A stretch of 64,000 nt of DNA. Source: Camelus dromedarius. Its lineage: Eukaryota. The DNA is taken from assembly GCF_036321535.1 (NCBI RefSeq), contig NC_087436.1, positions 12,648,001 to 12,712,000 on the forward strand, in the 5' to 3' direction. The translations under genes and the position numbers were made by a program. Positions 1 through 14,249 of the stretch are shown here, in pieces (within the stretch, counting starts at the first letter, position 1; every line of letters starts with the position of its first letter). The notes beneath the pieces are model-generated. The model did no database searches. It was not told the DNA's origin and worked only from the letters and a program-made list of their open reading frames with translations.

Positions 1-387
1 GTAGACTTCACCAAATATGCAGGAACACTTTATAAACTGGTTTAAGAAAAAAAAATCCCGTAACTTATATAGAAATTATTATTGCAAATGAGGATCAGGC
101 ATTATGAAAACAATAAATTGATGAAACAGGATTGTGAATTCTAAAGTCAACCAAATCCAAATGTTTCCCCCTACACCAAGTAAATAATGTTTAAAAAGCT
201 AGATACAGGAAGATTACACAGAAGAACAGTCTCAACAAAATTTTCCACAAATTCCTAAAATTGAGGTAAAATTCATGTTAAATACTCACCACTAATGTTG
301 AGTTCAAAAGAAATAAATGTATAAATAATCTACAGTACTTCCTAATTTCATATTCTACAATATTATTTAAAGTATTTTTAAACTTAC

Positions 388-1170
388 CCAAATGAAGTAA
401 TGTAAACTGGGCCGCCAGTTCCTTTGCATCTTCTAACGTAGTGCAGAGTTTGTCTGGCATGAAGTAGCTCTGGGATCCATTTGCAATAGCAGGAATGACA
501 ATTTTATACACCAAGAGTACTTTCCCATCTTGACTTGTTGTTGAATATAAATAATATTCTGGTGGTGCCCAATTATTTTTGTTGCAGTAATAATCCAAAT
601 GCATTACTGCAGAATTGAAATGATTAGATTTTAAAGAATACATACTAATTGGAGTAAGCTTTGTTCCAGGATAAAATGGGTAAGCGCATCTTTCAATTTC
701 AGTGGGGCTTGGGCTATGCTGGCCATTGAGACGAGCTGGAAGAGTTAGTGGCTTGCCTAGAGTTTTTGGGTAGCTCTCTTCTTTGTTAGCAAACACAATC
801 AGGTTTTCAGAATTGGGGCTAATCTGACCATTAAGATGCTGTCTCCAAGTGTTTTCTTTATTTACTGGTTTTGCCAGTGTTACCTCAATACTTGCTCCAT
901 CAATGCATTTTCCATTCATAACAGACATAGCAGACACAGCATCATCTCGGTTGAAAAAGTGAACAAAAGCATAATCTCTAAGTTTCTTTACTCGTTCAAC
1001 TGCACCAGGTTTGAATTTATTGAATTCGGCTTTAATTGTTTCCTCTGTAGTTGAGATCATTAAATTTCGTACATAGAGAACCTTAACTCTCTGCATGGTT
1101 TCCTCATCAACCTCCTTCTCTGGGTCAGCCCAGTCCACCTGAATAGTATGGCCCCAGAGCTGGAAGGTGC
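388..1170 (-). CDS. RBM46: RBM46 coding exon 4 (783 nt): end of RRM2, RRM3 and a C-terminal dsRBD-like domain; the gene continues beyond the left edge
   Basis: Acceptor ttctttacag|GCACC at 1170 and donor TTGG|gtaagt at 388. Translation [37 protein letters not shown]...RDYAFVHF...AAQFTLLHL matches the A1CF/RBM46/RBM47 family. Phase is consistent with exon 3. Confidence 0.96.
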
Positions 1171-1662
1171 CTGTAAAGAAGAAGAAATTAATCTGAAGAC
1201 AATTAAAACAAAGTCAAAATTAACTAAAACTGTTTCTCCAAAAAGGCATAGGCTCAAATACATATCAACTATATTTGTGGTTAAGCATTCACTCTCCTAC
1301 TTACACAAAAATTTTTACTAAGGTGAACCCAGCCAGAATTTTAAGAGTCAAGAGGAAGACCTTTATTAGAAAAATCAGGTACTGTCCTTTGGACTGTTAC
1401 CAAACAACAATTAACAGCTCAGTAAAAGTGTATACATTCAGTAAAGTAAACGAGTAAAGTATTATAAATAATGACTCATTTTATAGAAACTACTTCATGT
1501 CTTTTAGAATCATTTGATTTATTTTACTTCCTTAATCTTTATTCCTCTTTAAGGGTACTACATATTTTCATAATACTGATCTATGAGGTACTGGGTACTG
1601 TCATTTTTCCACATGTATAGTAAGGTGAACATGGAAACATAACCTTTAAAGGATATGTTTAC

Positions 1663-2130
1663 CTGGAATTAGCTTTCTCCTAGCCATAGCAGCAGCTCTG
1701 TGAGATTCATATTCAACAAATGCAAAACCCCGATTTTTGGTCTTATCAGTTGCACTTGGATAAACGATGACATCTACAACTCCTTCTGTAACTTTCTTCA
1801 TTTCATCCAAAATTTCTTCCTTCTTCTTTTCCTTTGGAATAGCTCCAATGAATAATCTGCAGTTATCCAAGCTTACACACACACCAATAAACTTCCCTGG
1901 TCGAATCTCATAATTATTAAGAATTCTGATGGCTAACTGGGCTTCTTCTTTCGTAGTATACATCACAAAAGCATAACCTCGATTTTCACCACTAAATTCC
2001 ATCATAAGTCGAAATTCATATATCTTCCCAGCTCTTTCAAATACAGGAACTAACTCATCTTCATACATATCACGAGGTATTTTTCCTACAAAAACTTCAC
2101 AGCCTCTAGGTGGAGGCGGACCTTCCCAAC
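1663..2130 (-). CDS. RBM46: RBM46 coding exon 3 (468 nt): RRM1 and most of RRM2
   Basis: Acceptor ttgtcttcag|GTTGG at 2130 and donor CCAG|gtaaac at 1663. Contains RNP motifs [20 protein letters not shown] and RGFAFVEY. Confidence 0.97.
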
Positions 2131-3010
2131 CTGAAGACAAAAAACAGACAAATTCTAATAAGATATTTATGTTCACTATTCAATCATCCATTCCCCTAAT
2201 TTAATGTGAGCCTTCTATGTGCCACGCAATATTATAAGTGTCGAGGATACAACAGTGAACAAAATAGAATCCCTTTCCCTCATGAAGCTTATCTTCAACA
2301 GAGAAAGGAGACAATGAATAATGGGCACTATGAAGAAACATAAGGCCACAGAAGGGTTGATATTTTTGGTAATCAGGTAAATCTTCTCTAAGCACGTGAG
2401 GTTTAAGCAGAAGCCTGAATGAAGTAAGGGAAATGAGCCTTGAGAATATATCGGAAATAAAAAGAAAAAGCAAGTGTTTTGTGTATTAGAACAACACAGA
2501 CATGTTGGTGTCTACGGGAAATGCACACTTGAGGGAGGAGTGAAATGACAGGCAATGTGGCCATGGATGTAGCCAGAGGTCAAGACTGTGTATTAAGTCT
2601 TATAGAAAGTTAATTGGAAGATTTTGAGCGAAGAAATTGCACTGGCTTTTGGTAGAAAGGCAAAACATTATAACCTGTTTGCATCTAGTAAAAACACCAC
2701 TCCTCTACTCACTGCTCTTTCAAATTCTTCCCCAAATGACCTCCCCTTTAATAGCCAGAGTGCCCTTTCCCCACTGGCCCCATCCTGACTTCTTTCTCAA
2801 CTGCTTCTTAAACTAAGAGCAGAGCTGGAAATATGTAAAGGAAAGACATGGCTATACCTCCTTTCCCTCATAACAGTAAAAATGATTGCTACGGTCTGAA
2901 AGTGGTTACAAGGAAAGAGCTATTTTTGGGGATACTTGTGGAAATATATATACCTAATGTAAATGGCCACATTAAAGATTCAATTTTTTTGAACATAAAC
3001 AAATCCACAC

Positions 3011-3161
3011 CTGGAGGAGGACCACCAAATTTCCTCTGCCCATTTTCTTGAACCATGTTGTAACCAGTCTTTTCCATCAAAGCAAGTAATGCCGCTTCAT
3101 TCTGAGTACCAGTTCGGACTTTACTGCATCCATTTGTTCCATCTATGTTTTCTTCATTCAT
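3011..3161 (-). CDS. RBM46: RBM46 first coding segment in exon 2 (exon 3011-3172, including 11 nt of 5'UTR)
   Basis: Acceptor tgctttag|GAACTGCAACC-ATG. Encodes [50 protein letters not shown]. Donor CCAG|gtgtgg; 151 nt (phase 1) joins exon 3 in frame. Confidence 0.96.
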
Positions 3162-4183
3162 GGTTGCAGTTCCTAAAGCAAAGTTTAAAAGCTGTGTTCA
3201 TGACATGGAGCACCAGAATCCATGAAGCAGTTCTGTGAGTTGCAGAAAACCAAGCATAGCTGTGGCTGCGGCATTTGGTGATCACTGCAGCCCTGCCCCC
3301 AAAGTTCTCTACAGTGGAAGCTGGAAACCTCTTTTAATATCTCTGATGAATTAAGCAGTACCTTTAGAAGGCCTAAGCTACAAGAATGGTGGGGGGGAGG
3401 CAAAAGGGAAAAGGGAAAAGGAACAATAAAAATAAAAGTGGGAAAACAGAAGTTAGTGTAAGGGAGAGAAGAAAAACAGCAAGCAGCAGGAGTAACAAAG
3501 TGTTCAGAAACGACAAACTGCCATCGCCAAAATCAGGTGAACTTGAAAGTCCCTCCTAGCTTTAAAATACCTGAACTTTTCTGAGTGACGATGAATACAG
3601 CTACAAACACATCTGTAGCATACACACCGCACCATCTTTTAGTCTTAAAGGTCCTCCCAAGCTATCCTACTGCATCCAGTGATGTAATTCTGAAGAAAAC
3701 AAGGCAGGAGAAAGTGGCTCACGCCCCCATAGAGTTTCCACCTGCCATCTGCCTCATTTCCTTAAATTCAGCAGTCCAGTGTTCTTTAATAAGCTATGAG
3801 TCATTTACTAAGCTGAATCATCACTCAAACTGCCTACTAAGTTTGCCTAACAAGCACTGAGAATGAGATTTTCAATAGGCATCTCAAATTCAACATATCC
3901 AAAACTGAATGTCATTTTATCTTTCAAATCCGTTCCTTCCTGTTTTATCTTATCTCCGTTAGCTCATCCAATCAATAAATGGCACCACAGCATACATACT
4001 CCCTCTCCTTCAAACTGTCACATCCAGAAACTTGGGACTTAACCCTGAGTCCCTCCTTTGACTCACAGCTAACCAGTCACAAAGACCTGCTTATTTGCCC
4101 TTCTAAATATTTCTTGAAATCAATTTTTTCCTGTCTATCCCCACAGCCTGTTCTCAGATAATTATTTCTTACTTGAATTAGTA

Positions 4184-4510
4184 CAATCACTCCTCATTAC
4201 TCAGCATCCACAGGGGACTGGTCCCAGGACTCCCGTGCATGCGCAAGTCTCATATAAAATAGCACAGTATTAGCATATAACCTATGCACATCTCCCCATG
4301 TACTTTAAATCATCTGCAGATCACATATAATACCTAATACAATGTAAATGCTGTGTAAATAGCAGTAAATACAATGCAAATGCTACATAGTTTCCAGCAT
4401 GTGGCAAATTCAAGTTTTGGGAACTTCCTGAAAATTTTTTTTCCCAAATGTTTTCAATCCAAGATTGGTTGAATCTGCAGATACAGAATGGCGGATCAGA
4501 GGATCAACTA
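4184..4510. mobile_element. MER2/Tigger-like non-autonomous DNA transposon remnant in RBM46 intron 1
   Basis: TA-flanked; contains MER2-like text (…catccacaggggactggtcccaggac…tataacctatgcacatc…aatacaatgtaaatgct…ttggttgaatctgcagatacagaa). Confidence 0.65.
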
Positions 4511-4854
4511 TACTAGGATACTAACCACTGTTCAGGTTTTAGCCTTGTGCCCGTCAAACAAAATCTCCACAATATTGTCAAGGGGATATAAAATATGTAT
4601 CTGACTATATTAAGCTTCTCCTACAAATAAAAACTAATGGGAAAAGTGAGTAAATTTATTTTTTTATCTTAGAATCAAGAAGGCCCTTCTAAAAAAATTT
4701 TTTAAAGCCTCAAAGAAAAATATTACTCATTTTTACTATATATGTATTAGCTATTTTGGAAGGCAAAAAATACCACAAAACTAAGACAAAATTATAAGCA
4801 AGGAAAATAGATCTGCAACACACATAGTAAAAGGCTAATTTCCTTAAAATAAAA

Positions 4855-5075
4855 AGAACAGCATGGTGTCATAATTAAGAGCGAACTCAGGTACCCAAAC
4901 AACTGCTTAAATGTGAACCCTGGTTCCTCCCCCTTACTAGCTGGGACTGTGGGCAAGTTTGGCCTCAGTTTATCTCTAAAAAGTGGGTACAGTTTCCACC
5001 TCACAGGGTTATTATCAGGATTAAGTATAAAAGGCTCAAAGTAGTATTTTTCATATAAGCACTATAAATGTATTT
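4855..5075 (+). mobile_element. MIR SINE remnant
   Basis: MIR core-like text (cttactagctgggactgtgggcaagtt…cctcagtttatctctaaaaagtggg…cctcacagggtt…aggattaa). Confidence 0.6.
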
Positions 5076-5199
5076 ACCATCTAGTTAACATAGTAAAAAT
5101 ATATAATTAATACTAACATAATAAAATAATACTGTTGTATAACCAATTGATTAATAGAACAATAAGAAAGACAAACTGTTGACCAGGGACTGCAAACTC

Positions 5200-6130
5200 A
5201 AATTCATTTATTCAATGAATGTTTAATAAGCACCAACTGTGTGCCAGGCATTATTCCTTATGTTTGAGATACATCAGTAAGCAAAAGACCAAAATTCCTC
5301 CCTTGCATAGCTTACTCCAGTGGAGGAAATAAACGATAATAAAAGTAATACGTAAATAATATGTTAAAATATGTAGGAGGAAAAAGAGCCGAGATGGAGC
5401 ACATGGGTGGGGAAGAGGTTTGCAGAAAACAGGGTACAATTTTAAACAGATAACCAGCATAGGGCTCACTGAGAAGGTAACATATGAGCAAAGAACTAAG
5501 GAACCTAGCCATCGCAGTTACCTGGGAAGAGCACTGCACACGAATGGGAAGATGAGGATGGAGGCCCAAAGACAGAAGGGTGCACGGCACAGGTAAGGTA
5601 CAGAAGGGAACCAGTACGGCGAAGCTGGGAGGAGGACAGGAGATGAAGTCAGCGAGGTAACAAGCTGCCACTCTGCACAGACCTGCTAAGTTAGGTGACC
5701 AAGGGCTTACACTTTTATTCTGAGTAAAATGAGGCTGTAGATTTTGACTACAAGAGTAATACAATCTTTCATTTTAAAAGGATCATCTGGGTACTGCATT
5801 GCAATGTCAGTAGAAGAGCAAAGGCAGAGACAGGGAGACCAATTAAAAGATTACGACTAAAATTCAGGTGAGAAATGAAGGTGGCGTGGACCAGAAAGCC
5901 TGAGGTGGAGCAGAAAAGCAGCAGTCTCTGAAATAAGAATATTTTGAAGGTATACCCAAGAGAATTTTCTGACAGATTGGATAGGAGATAAACAGAGAAG
6001 TCAAGGATAACCCGAAAGTTTTGCCCTGAGCAATGAGAAGCAGGGAGGTGAGGAAGGCTGAGATAGGACAGATTTTTTAGAGCTAAGAGCAGAGTTCAAT
6101 TTTGGACGCGCTAAGTTTGAAAATCCACTA
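5200..6130 (-). mobile_element. Old LINE2 remnant
   Basis: L2 3'-end-like text (attcattt…aagcaccaactgtgtgccaggca…) followed by a purine-rich L2-like body ending gagttcaatttttggacgcgctaagtttga. Confidence 0.55.
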
Positions 6131-9100
6131 AATGACCAACTCAAATGCCTACAAGGTCATGGCAAGAAATGTTAAGTGTGTGAAAAGAAAAGGTCCAGTA
6201 CAAGACTCTGAGAAGTGCTATGCACTGTGTGTACGTAGAAAGCCATTGGAAAAGGGCAGTGGTGGCTCAGTTCTAGCACACTGTCACCATAAGGAAACCC
6301 AGTCTGCCCAGTTATGCTAAACTTTCCAATTTTTCAAGAGAAGCCAGAAGTCTGCAGATTTTTATGTGAAATCTCTCAATTTTTAAAACTTGAGAGTCAA
6401 GGAGCCATATTTACATATCAAAGCTACATAAATGTTATTTCCATTTACACGTGCAAGTACTCACAGGCATAAAAACGGCATGATTAATGTAACCTGGTGG
6501 AAAATTATGTTCAAACTTAATCCAGGGTATATTTCATCCAAATCCCAATTCCAAAACTTAGTGAGTCAAAGTCTCAATTTAGTTTGGTTCTCTACACATT
6601 CAGTGAATGTTTTTTAAGTCCGAGTCACTTAACTGGATTTTGAATCATGCTGATGACCCTAAGGGGTAGAGAACTACCACCATGGGTGGGGGGTGTCAGG
6701 GGCAGAGTACACCTCAGTGTAACTTTCTACTAAGCAGAGGGAACTGCACAAAGTTGGCAAGGGCTGAACAGAAGGTAGCTTCCCGCCAAACCAAAGTATT
6801 CAAACACAGGTTGGACGTGCTGTAGCAATTCAAGAAAAGGGTGCACTGCTGGACCATGTGGCTTTTAACATCCCTTCCAAAATGTAGTACAGAGTTCAAG
6901 CATAGATCCTGCCTTGAAAGGACTTACAATCCAGGGAAGAGTTAACATCACCAAGTTAGGAGCCTTCTATGTTTTAAGCCTGCAATTTAGAGAGCATTAT
7001 TGCTACGTGAGGTTCATGGTTCCCTGAAAACAGAATACTGCAGGGTTAAAAACTGGAAATTAATTCAATTATAAAAACAGTAACCAAAACTATACAGACC
7101 AAACAAAATGCCTGCAGATTTTCTGTGGTTTAAACTCTGGGTTGCGTAAGAACAGAGATGCCACCTGCCTTGAACACTTTCCCTATTATCCACCATAGTG
7201 CTTGGTGCACAGCATGAACTCAGTAATTATTTGTTGGATGAAGAATGTAACAGAAAATTCAGAAAAAACCTTAACATGATTTCATGCACTTTTAGCAGGT
7301 GTGCATTAAGTCAGGATGACTTTTTGAGAAAATTTGGTAACGTTTATCAAATTCTAAAATGTACAAACCTTAGTAATTCAATTACTAAGAAACTAACCTG
7401 CAGATAAAGTTGCACAAGTATATAAAGATAAATGCACAAGCATGTTCACTGCAACATCATATGCAAAATTAAAAATTTAGAAAATGTCTAGTCTGCCAAC
7501 AGAGGACTGATTCAAAAATTATGGTATAACTACACAATGGAATATTATAAGGAACATCACAGATTTGTTTGTGCAGATATGGAAAAATATTCAAGAAATA
7601 TCACGACAGACAGTAAGCTGGAGAACAATACATTTACTATTTATCAATTGTTTGTTTGGTTTAAAGATATATATGTATACATTCACAGATGCTTGTGAAT
7701 ACAAAAATGAAGGCATACAAAAATTTTGGAAAAATGTACAAGGAACTTTTTAAGTAGTTACCATTGGTAAGTAGGAATAAAGAGTCAAGGGACCTTGACT
7801 TGTCACTTTTCTGTGAATATCGAGAGCATGTGCTACTGCTACGTGTATTAAGAGCAAAATGCTCTTTCAGGGACTCCCCACTATTCCTTAAAGATAAAAC
7901 CTGAACTCTTGGGGGGGGGGGGAAGGTATAAAGGTCCTTTCATAATCTGGCCCAGCCTACCTCTCCAACTTCATTTCTTACTATATGTCAACAACAGTAC
8001 TTACCTAGTTGCAATTTCAAACATGTGCCATGTTCTCATATACCAGCCTTTGCACAGGCTGCTCCCACAGTCCTTCCTCACATTCTTTGCCTGTCCCACT
8101 CCTGTTATCCCCCCCCCCCCCCCAAGCCCTCCCTGAGCCTCCCTTCTCGATGCTAAGCTAGGTACTGCACTCCTTTGTTTGTACAGCTATCACAGAGCCC
8201 ACCTCAGGGTGCTGGGCTGTCACTCCCTCTGCCTCCTCCTCCCCAACCCCTGACAGACATTAACAAGGGTCTAGTCTTTCATTTCTAAATCTCTACACTC
8301 CCTGACATATGATTAATGTGCAATGAATCAGACAGGGAGGGAGGAACATTATGATTTAACCGAAATAATGGACTTGGGTGAGAGAAGACCTGAGTGCTAG
8401 TTCTCAGTCAAGAGACCTCTGACAAGTCACTTCACTCTCACCTTTACTTTCCTAATCAGTGAAATTCCATTTTATGTTTATTTCCGCATTCATTTATTTA
8501 GCACATTATATGCCCTGAATGACGACAGGCACTTTATATACATTATCTTATTTAGTACTTACCTGTCAGATAAGTATTCTTTTCCATTTAAAAATAATAA
8601 ACTGAGACTAAGAGAGATAGTTATAGTGCTTGTAAATTGGTTGAATAGATATTCAAATTAGAGACCTGTATGCTTAAATATTGAACTCCTAAACCCCTAC
8701 TTTACATTATCCTCATGTTAGATATTTAATAATCTGAATCTCCAAAAAGTGATATAATTTACCTTAGATGATATAACTTAGAAACTACAACACCAATACC
8801 TAAGTCCAGATTTTGTTCACAATAGTTTTTTTTAAAAAAGGTTAAAAGAACTAATCAATTATTCACGCCTTCTTTGAAAAACTACAGTATGATTTAAAAA
8901 AACACTGTACAAACTTAGAGGGAAAGAAATCATCAACAAAAATTTTTTGGAAAACCCCTAATAAAATTATTTCAAACTTATTAGAAACCTTAAAAATCAC
9001 CTAAATCAACCACCCCTGCTGTTTACGTCTTCTTTATAACACTGCTGCAAAGCAGTCACACATTTTATTCTCGAATTCTTACAACAAACTCACTATCCAC

Positions 9101-12092
9101 AAGAGCAACATTACTTTGGTTAACTCTTTAAGAAAGTTCTTCCTTTTAGTGGATTATAATCTCTTTCCTTGTAACTTTCACCTATAGGTCCTGATTTTAT
9201 CTTTCTGGTCAAACTGAACATGTCTCTTTCATGTAACTGCATTTGAAAAACGATTCTCCTCTTCTCCAGGCTAAACATTACCAGTTTCTTTAATCCAGTA
9301 TTTCCTAAAATGATGTCTCTAAAATGATTATTCCAGGAGCTATTAACAGATAGGCCTCAAAGATGTGTTCTATGCCTAAATACATCCGAGAATCACTATA
9401 CCTCCCTCTAAAGAATACCACAATGCTCACCAACATACGTAAGGCCATGAAAAGTTTTAGTTAAACCTTTTAGAGCTTTGTCTAACTCATTGTTTCCCAA
9501 ACATTTCAGTATGATACCCTAATTTTCCTTGGTGCCTCTATTAACTTTCTATAGAACCATTTGGAAAATGGTGTGTTAACTGCTTCTTATATGGTACTGT
9601 TTCATGTTCTCTCACTATCCTCTTTTTCCTTTAAAAGTATGATGGCCAAAATGGGAAAGCCCATTAGTACCGAGAAAGACATCAGTGTTCTGCACAGCTG
9701 CATGATATTGACAGTGCAAATTAAGCATACTGTCAAAAAAAAAAAAAACAACCCCACAAATCAGTATGATTTTAGAATCATACTGAATTTCACCTTTTTA
9801 CGTTCAATCCACCACTTCCTCCTCTCCCCCCTGATCTCTTAGCCACTTGCGCCCTTTCAGTGAGAGGACCTAACTTAGCCCCTTCTTCCAAGATACAATT
9901 TTAACATTTGCAAGCTTATTTAAGAGCTACCTTTCCAAATATAATCAGAAAACAACTTAAAACTGCCCGGGTCTGACCAGTGAATAGTAACAGTATTCAA
10001 CATTGAGTCAAAATCCTGTCATCCTTAACAATGAAATACAATATCCACGCATTAACATAATTTGGGTCCTGATAATTCATTTTAAAAATATATTCACATT
10101 AGTAGAATAGATATATGTGACATTCTAAAGAAACTTTAAAATAATAATAATAAAGCTATATTGTAATGGCCCATCTCTAAGAAAGGTGAAAAGCACTCCA
10201 GCTTTTCCTTAATTCCTCCTTCCATGTACATTTCATCAGGGCAGGTATTGTCTCATTTCTCTTTATATAGATTTTGGATTCTTCTAATTAACTGGCCTCA
10301 TTTATTTATTAAATGGCAGAACTAGGAAATAGGAAAGAAGTCGTATCAAAGGAAAAGTCTTAAGTCTGTATATTCAGCTAACTGTGTACCTTACACTACT
10401 TCAGGGACATATTTCATTTATGTGACAACAAATCCAATAAATAAATCAATGTATTATTAACAGATTCTAATAAAAGAGATGTTACTCTTTAACAATCAGA
10501 ATCATTAATGAGATAAAGATTAGTTAACCAGCCTCTTGTCTTTAAATAAAAGCAATTTTTCTACTATCATTCCTTTAAAATTAAACACATTCTAAATGAC
10601 AAACTACCCTTTTCCATTTAAGATTATTTTTATTCTAGGTTTTGCCATTATACCATCACTGAAGACTTTACATTAAGAAACTATTAGAACTGCAACTGGA
10701 CCTTAAACCACTTTCAACTTTATACACAGGAAAATCAAGATTAAATAAGGTAAAGAAATTTGCTTAAGGTCACAAAACTAGTAACTGAAAAGACGTGGGC
10801 CTCACACTGTCACAGATTTATAAACTCTGGCTCTCTTCCATCATTTAGTCTAGAGGGACCTTAGTGGCCTGTACATCCCACAGGACATCATCCTGGCCCA
10901 TTACACTGAAGACACCATGTTGATACAATGTGGAGAATAGGAAAGTGTGAGAATTCCATTCTTAAAACATCCTGTAGGAAAAAGGATGAGGGAAAAAGAC
11001 TCTAGAACTAAATATGCTACCTTACACATGCAGTTTACTGCCTGTGAAAGCTACAGATAAATATGGCTTCTGATTCCATTTTATCCAAAAAAGTTCTGGA
11101 CTTTTTGTTGTTGTTGTTAAAACTGTAACGCATAGCCTGCTCTAAATGGCTGATTTCTGAGACCCAACCCACCCCTGCAATTACTTTATGACAAACTTTG
11201 GGTTAATCCGTGTCTCTAAAGTTATATTTTTAAGGACATTATTTAGAGTCTCATGTTGAAATAACAGGCCAGTCCCCACAATAAAGACTCTTTTAACTAG
11301 AGAAATAATAGAAACATATGCTATATTTAGTACATTTCAAGAAATCTCAATCAAAAATAAAAACTTGTAATTACAGAAGTATAAGATACACTGGAGAGTC
11401 ACCAATCCCATCCTATCTTTAAAAAGGAATATGTTCTTATCTTAAAGCCTCCAAAACAAAAGTCACATATACAACTATCTAATTCAAAATTAAGAAAGTT
11501 TAAAAATATCTAACATTAAGACTATATTTAATTTACCCAAGATACATCTCTAAAAGAGCCAGAATTCAAGAGCCTCAACCAGAGAAATACAAATCCAATC
11601 TAAAACAGACATACAGTATATTTACCTCAAAATTTCCAGAATCAATTTGAGAGTTACCAAAATTCCAAAGCAGAGCCGTCCTACACATTACGGCAAAGCT
11701 GACATACCAACTGAAGCTTCCAGGCCCAATTAGTTCTCTGCAACTTTCAGCTGTGGATTCACAGTCCTAAGTGTTTTACAAACTTTCTTCCTTACCCTGC
11801 TGACCCAGGGAACCTCAGTAAGAGAAGAAGGGTCCAATGGAAGAGAATGGCATACATGTTTTTATGCAAGCAAAAAAAAAAAAGGGGAAGGGTAGATTAA
11901 AAATTGTTGCAGCATATATAATCTCTAGCTTTCACTGATATATCTTTTTTTCCAAACTTTAGACTTTTAAAGGTTCCTTTCCATCTCAGTTTCAAAACTA
12001 AAAGAAAAAAGAAAAAAAAAAACCCACTAAGATATAAAACAGACGGCTAATATAGCATAGTCAATCACAGGATAGACATTCCAGCAGCAATC

Positions 12093-12228
12093 CGGGGGGT
12101 TTTCTTGGGGGGGGGGGCAAGAGGGTGTGAGCTAAAAGGTTTATTTATTTAATACTTTTTTAAATGGAGGCACTGGGGGTTGAATCCAGGGCCTTGTGCA
12201 TGCTAAGCATGTGCTATACCCTCCCCAC
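12093..12228 (-). mobile_element. tRNA-derived SINE (camelid-type) with a 13-bp target-site duplication
   Basis: Reverse complement gggagggtatagcac…cttagcatgcacaaggccctggattcaacccccagtgcctcc. TSD tccagcagcaatc at 12080-12092 and 12229-12241. Confidence 0.85.
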
Positions 12229-14249
12229 TCCAGCAGCAATCTGAATCAAGCCTTTACCTTGAAATGCAAACTCTATCTTCATTAATGTGAAGCATTAACA
12301 AAAATATAAATTTTCAAATTCTGACTGCCTTTCAAAACAGAAAATATATTAATGAAAAAGTGATAAGCACAATTTTAGCAAAATATAAATGAGAATCATT
12401 TATCTAAAGAAATTTGTGTCAGCTGTGTTCAAACTACTTAAATTGAAACTTCATCTTCTGAATTACTGTAAAACTTTATGATGTGAAAAGGAACACTTTA
12501 TAAATTTTACTATGATTTTTAAAAACTGAATGTAATGGTGAAAAAAACATGAATTCTTAAGATATAAAAATACATTTATAGAAAGCACATTTAGATCTTT
12601 AAGGCATCCTTAAATTACATGGCATTACATTCCCGACTTGTTCAGTTGTCAGTGAGCATGGTACACTGAGACTATGCTTGCCAGGTCAATGGAGGTTTTT
12701 TAGCAACAACTCATTTCAGTTAACAGACTGCACTACAGCAACGTGGCTGGAAAATGAGAAGGATTAATCAAAAGTATATGGATGTGTAATTCTAACATTA
12801 TTTCAAAATAAAAGGGTATAGATGGATCAACTGAATTCCATTTTCAATTACTTTTGTTAAAGAATGAGACAACATTTTTATTCCTAGAAGTTAAAGATAT
12901 AGTTTTAAAAAGCTTTAGTACTTGGTGTTTCACAACCTCTAATAATGCTGTGGAAGGCAAATTTAAATTTAGAAAAGATTTAAAAATTGAACTACTTTAA
13001 AAATAATTGTAATAATAAATTTTTAAGATATCACTTAGAATATAACATTGTAGTGTGCTCTTTGAACTTAGGATAAAGCTATCCACAACAGAACCAAAAC
13101 TCTAATACAACACTACAAAATTACACACTACTACTGTTTATGAAAGGTCTTCTATAATCTGTCATCTGAAATCTGTCACAATTTGAACACAGAAATCATA
13201 TTTTCCTCCCTCATTTTCTTGCTTCACCATCAGGTAGTAAAATAAAATGCGAAACAACACCCAGCATTAATACGCAAATCTGTCCAGATTTTACACCAAT
13301 TACATGATTTGTAGTCACAAACCCTCCTTAAACCAGCATGTCTAGTTTCCTGATAACAAAAGTGACACCATTAAAAATATGAGACCTAATTTTGGTCCAT
13401 TAAATTGGGCATATTCTTGTTAGTAAAAATTCTTACCTCCTAATATATCCAGTAATGCTTGTATTTCAGTAAAATATATCTTTTATACAGCAAGTGTTGG
13501 TACGTATTATAATCTTTGGCAATAATGTTCAAGTCCAATACTCCACTCTCTTAAATGAAAATTAGCGATTAAGCAGAAACTAAGGCATTGCTAATATTTA
13601 ATAATCTTTATATCTATAATAGCAAATAATTGCAAATAAAGTAATTTTAAAACAGAATGTTTTAAACGTGTACCCTGGAAAGGAGTCCACCATTAATGAG
13701 CCCATGATGAGCTTTAATTCTGAAAGGCTCTAAGTGGAAGTCTGTCCAACTCCTCAACTACACATTGTAGTGATTCTTGAAAATATCTTCCTATTATTTA
13801 AATAACCAAAATTCTATCAGCACGCAAATATTATTTATATGTTAGTCTACTTATACACGCAGGATACCTTGCTTCCTGATTCTATAGCCATCCTCAAACA
13901 CAAAGCGGGACAGACTTGTAAAAGAAGCCAAGTCTTAAAAAGCACCTGCTGATGATCCCTCTGTGATACTGGTCCGTATTAAAATCGCCATATACGATAA
14001 AGACTACAGAATATCCAGAATGTAAAGAAAGCGAGATTAAAGAAACATCAATCTTAGCTAAACTAAATTCACATATGAGCTGGTGCCCAAATAAATCAAG
14101 CAGCTTCACAAGGATCTCAGAATTAATACCGATGCCAGGATGAAATCCCAGGTCTCCTGACTCCAGGTTCAGTAGTCCGTCCACTGCCCCAAAGGAAATA
14201 TTTTTTAAATTAGTAATTAAAACCGTCTGGTGCTAGGAAACAAAAACAG

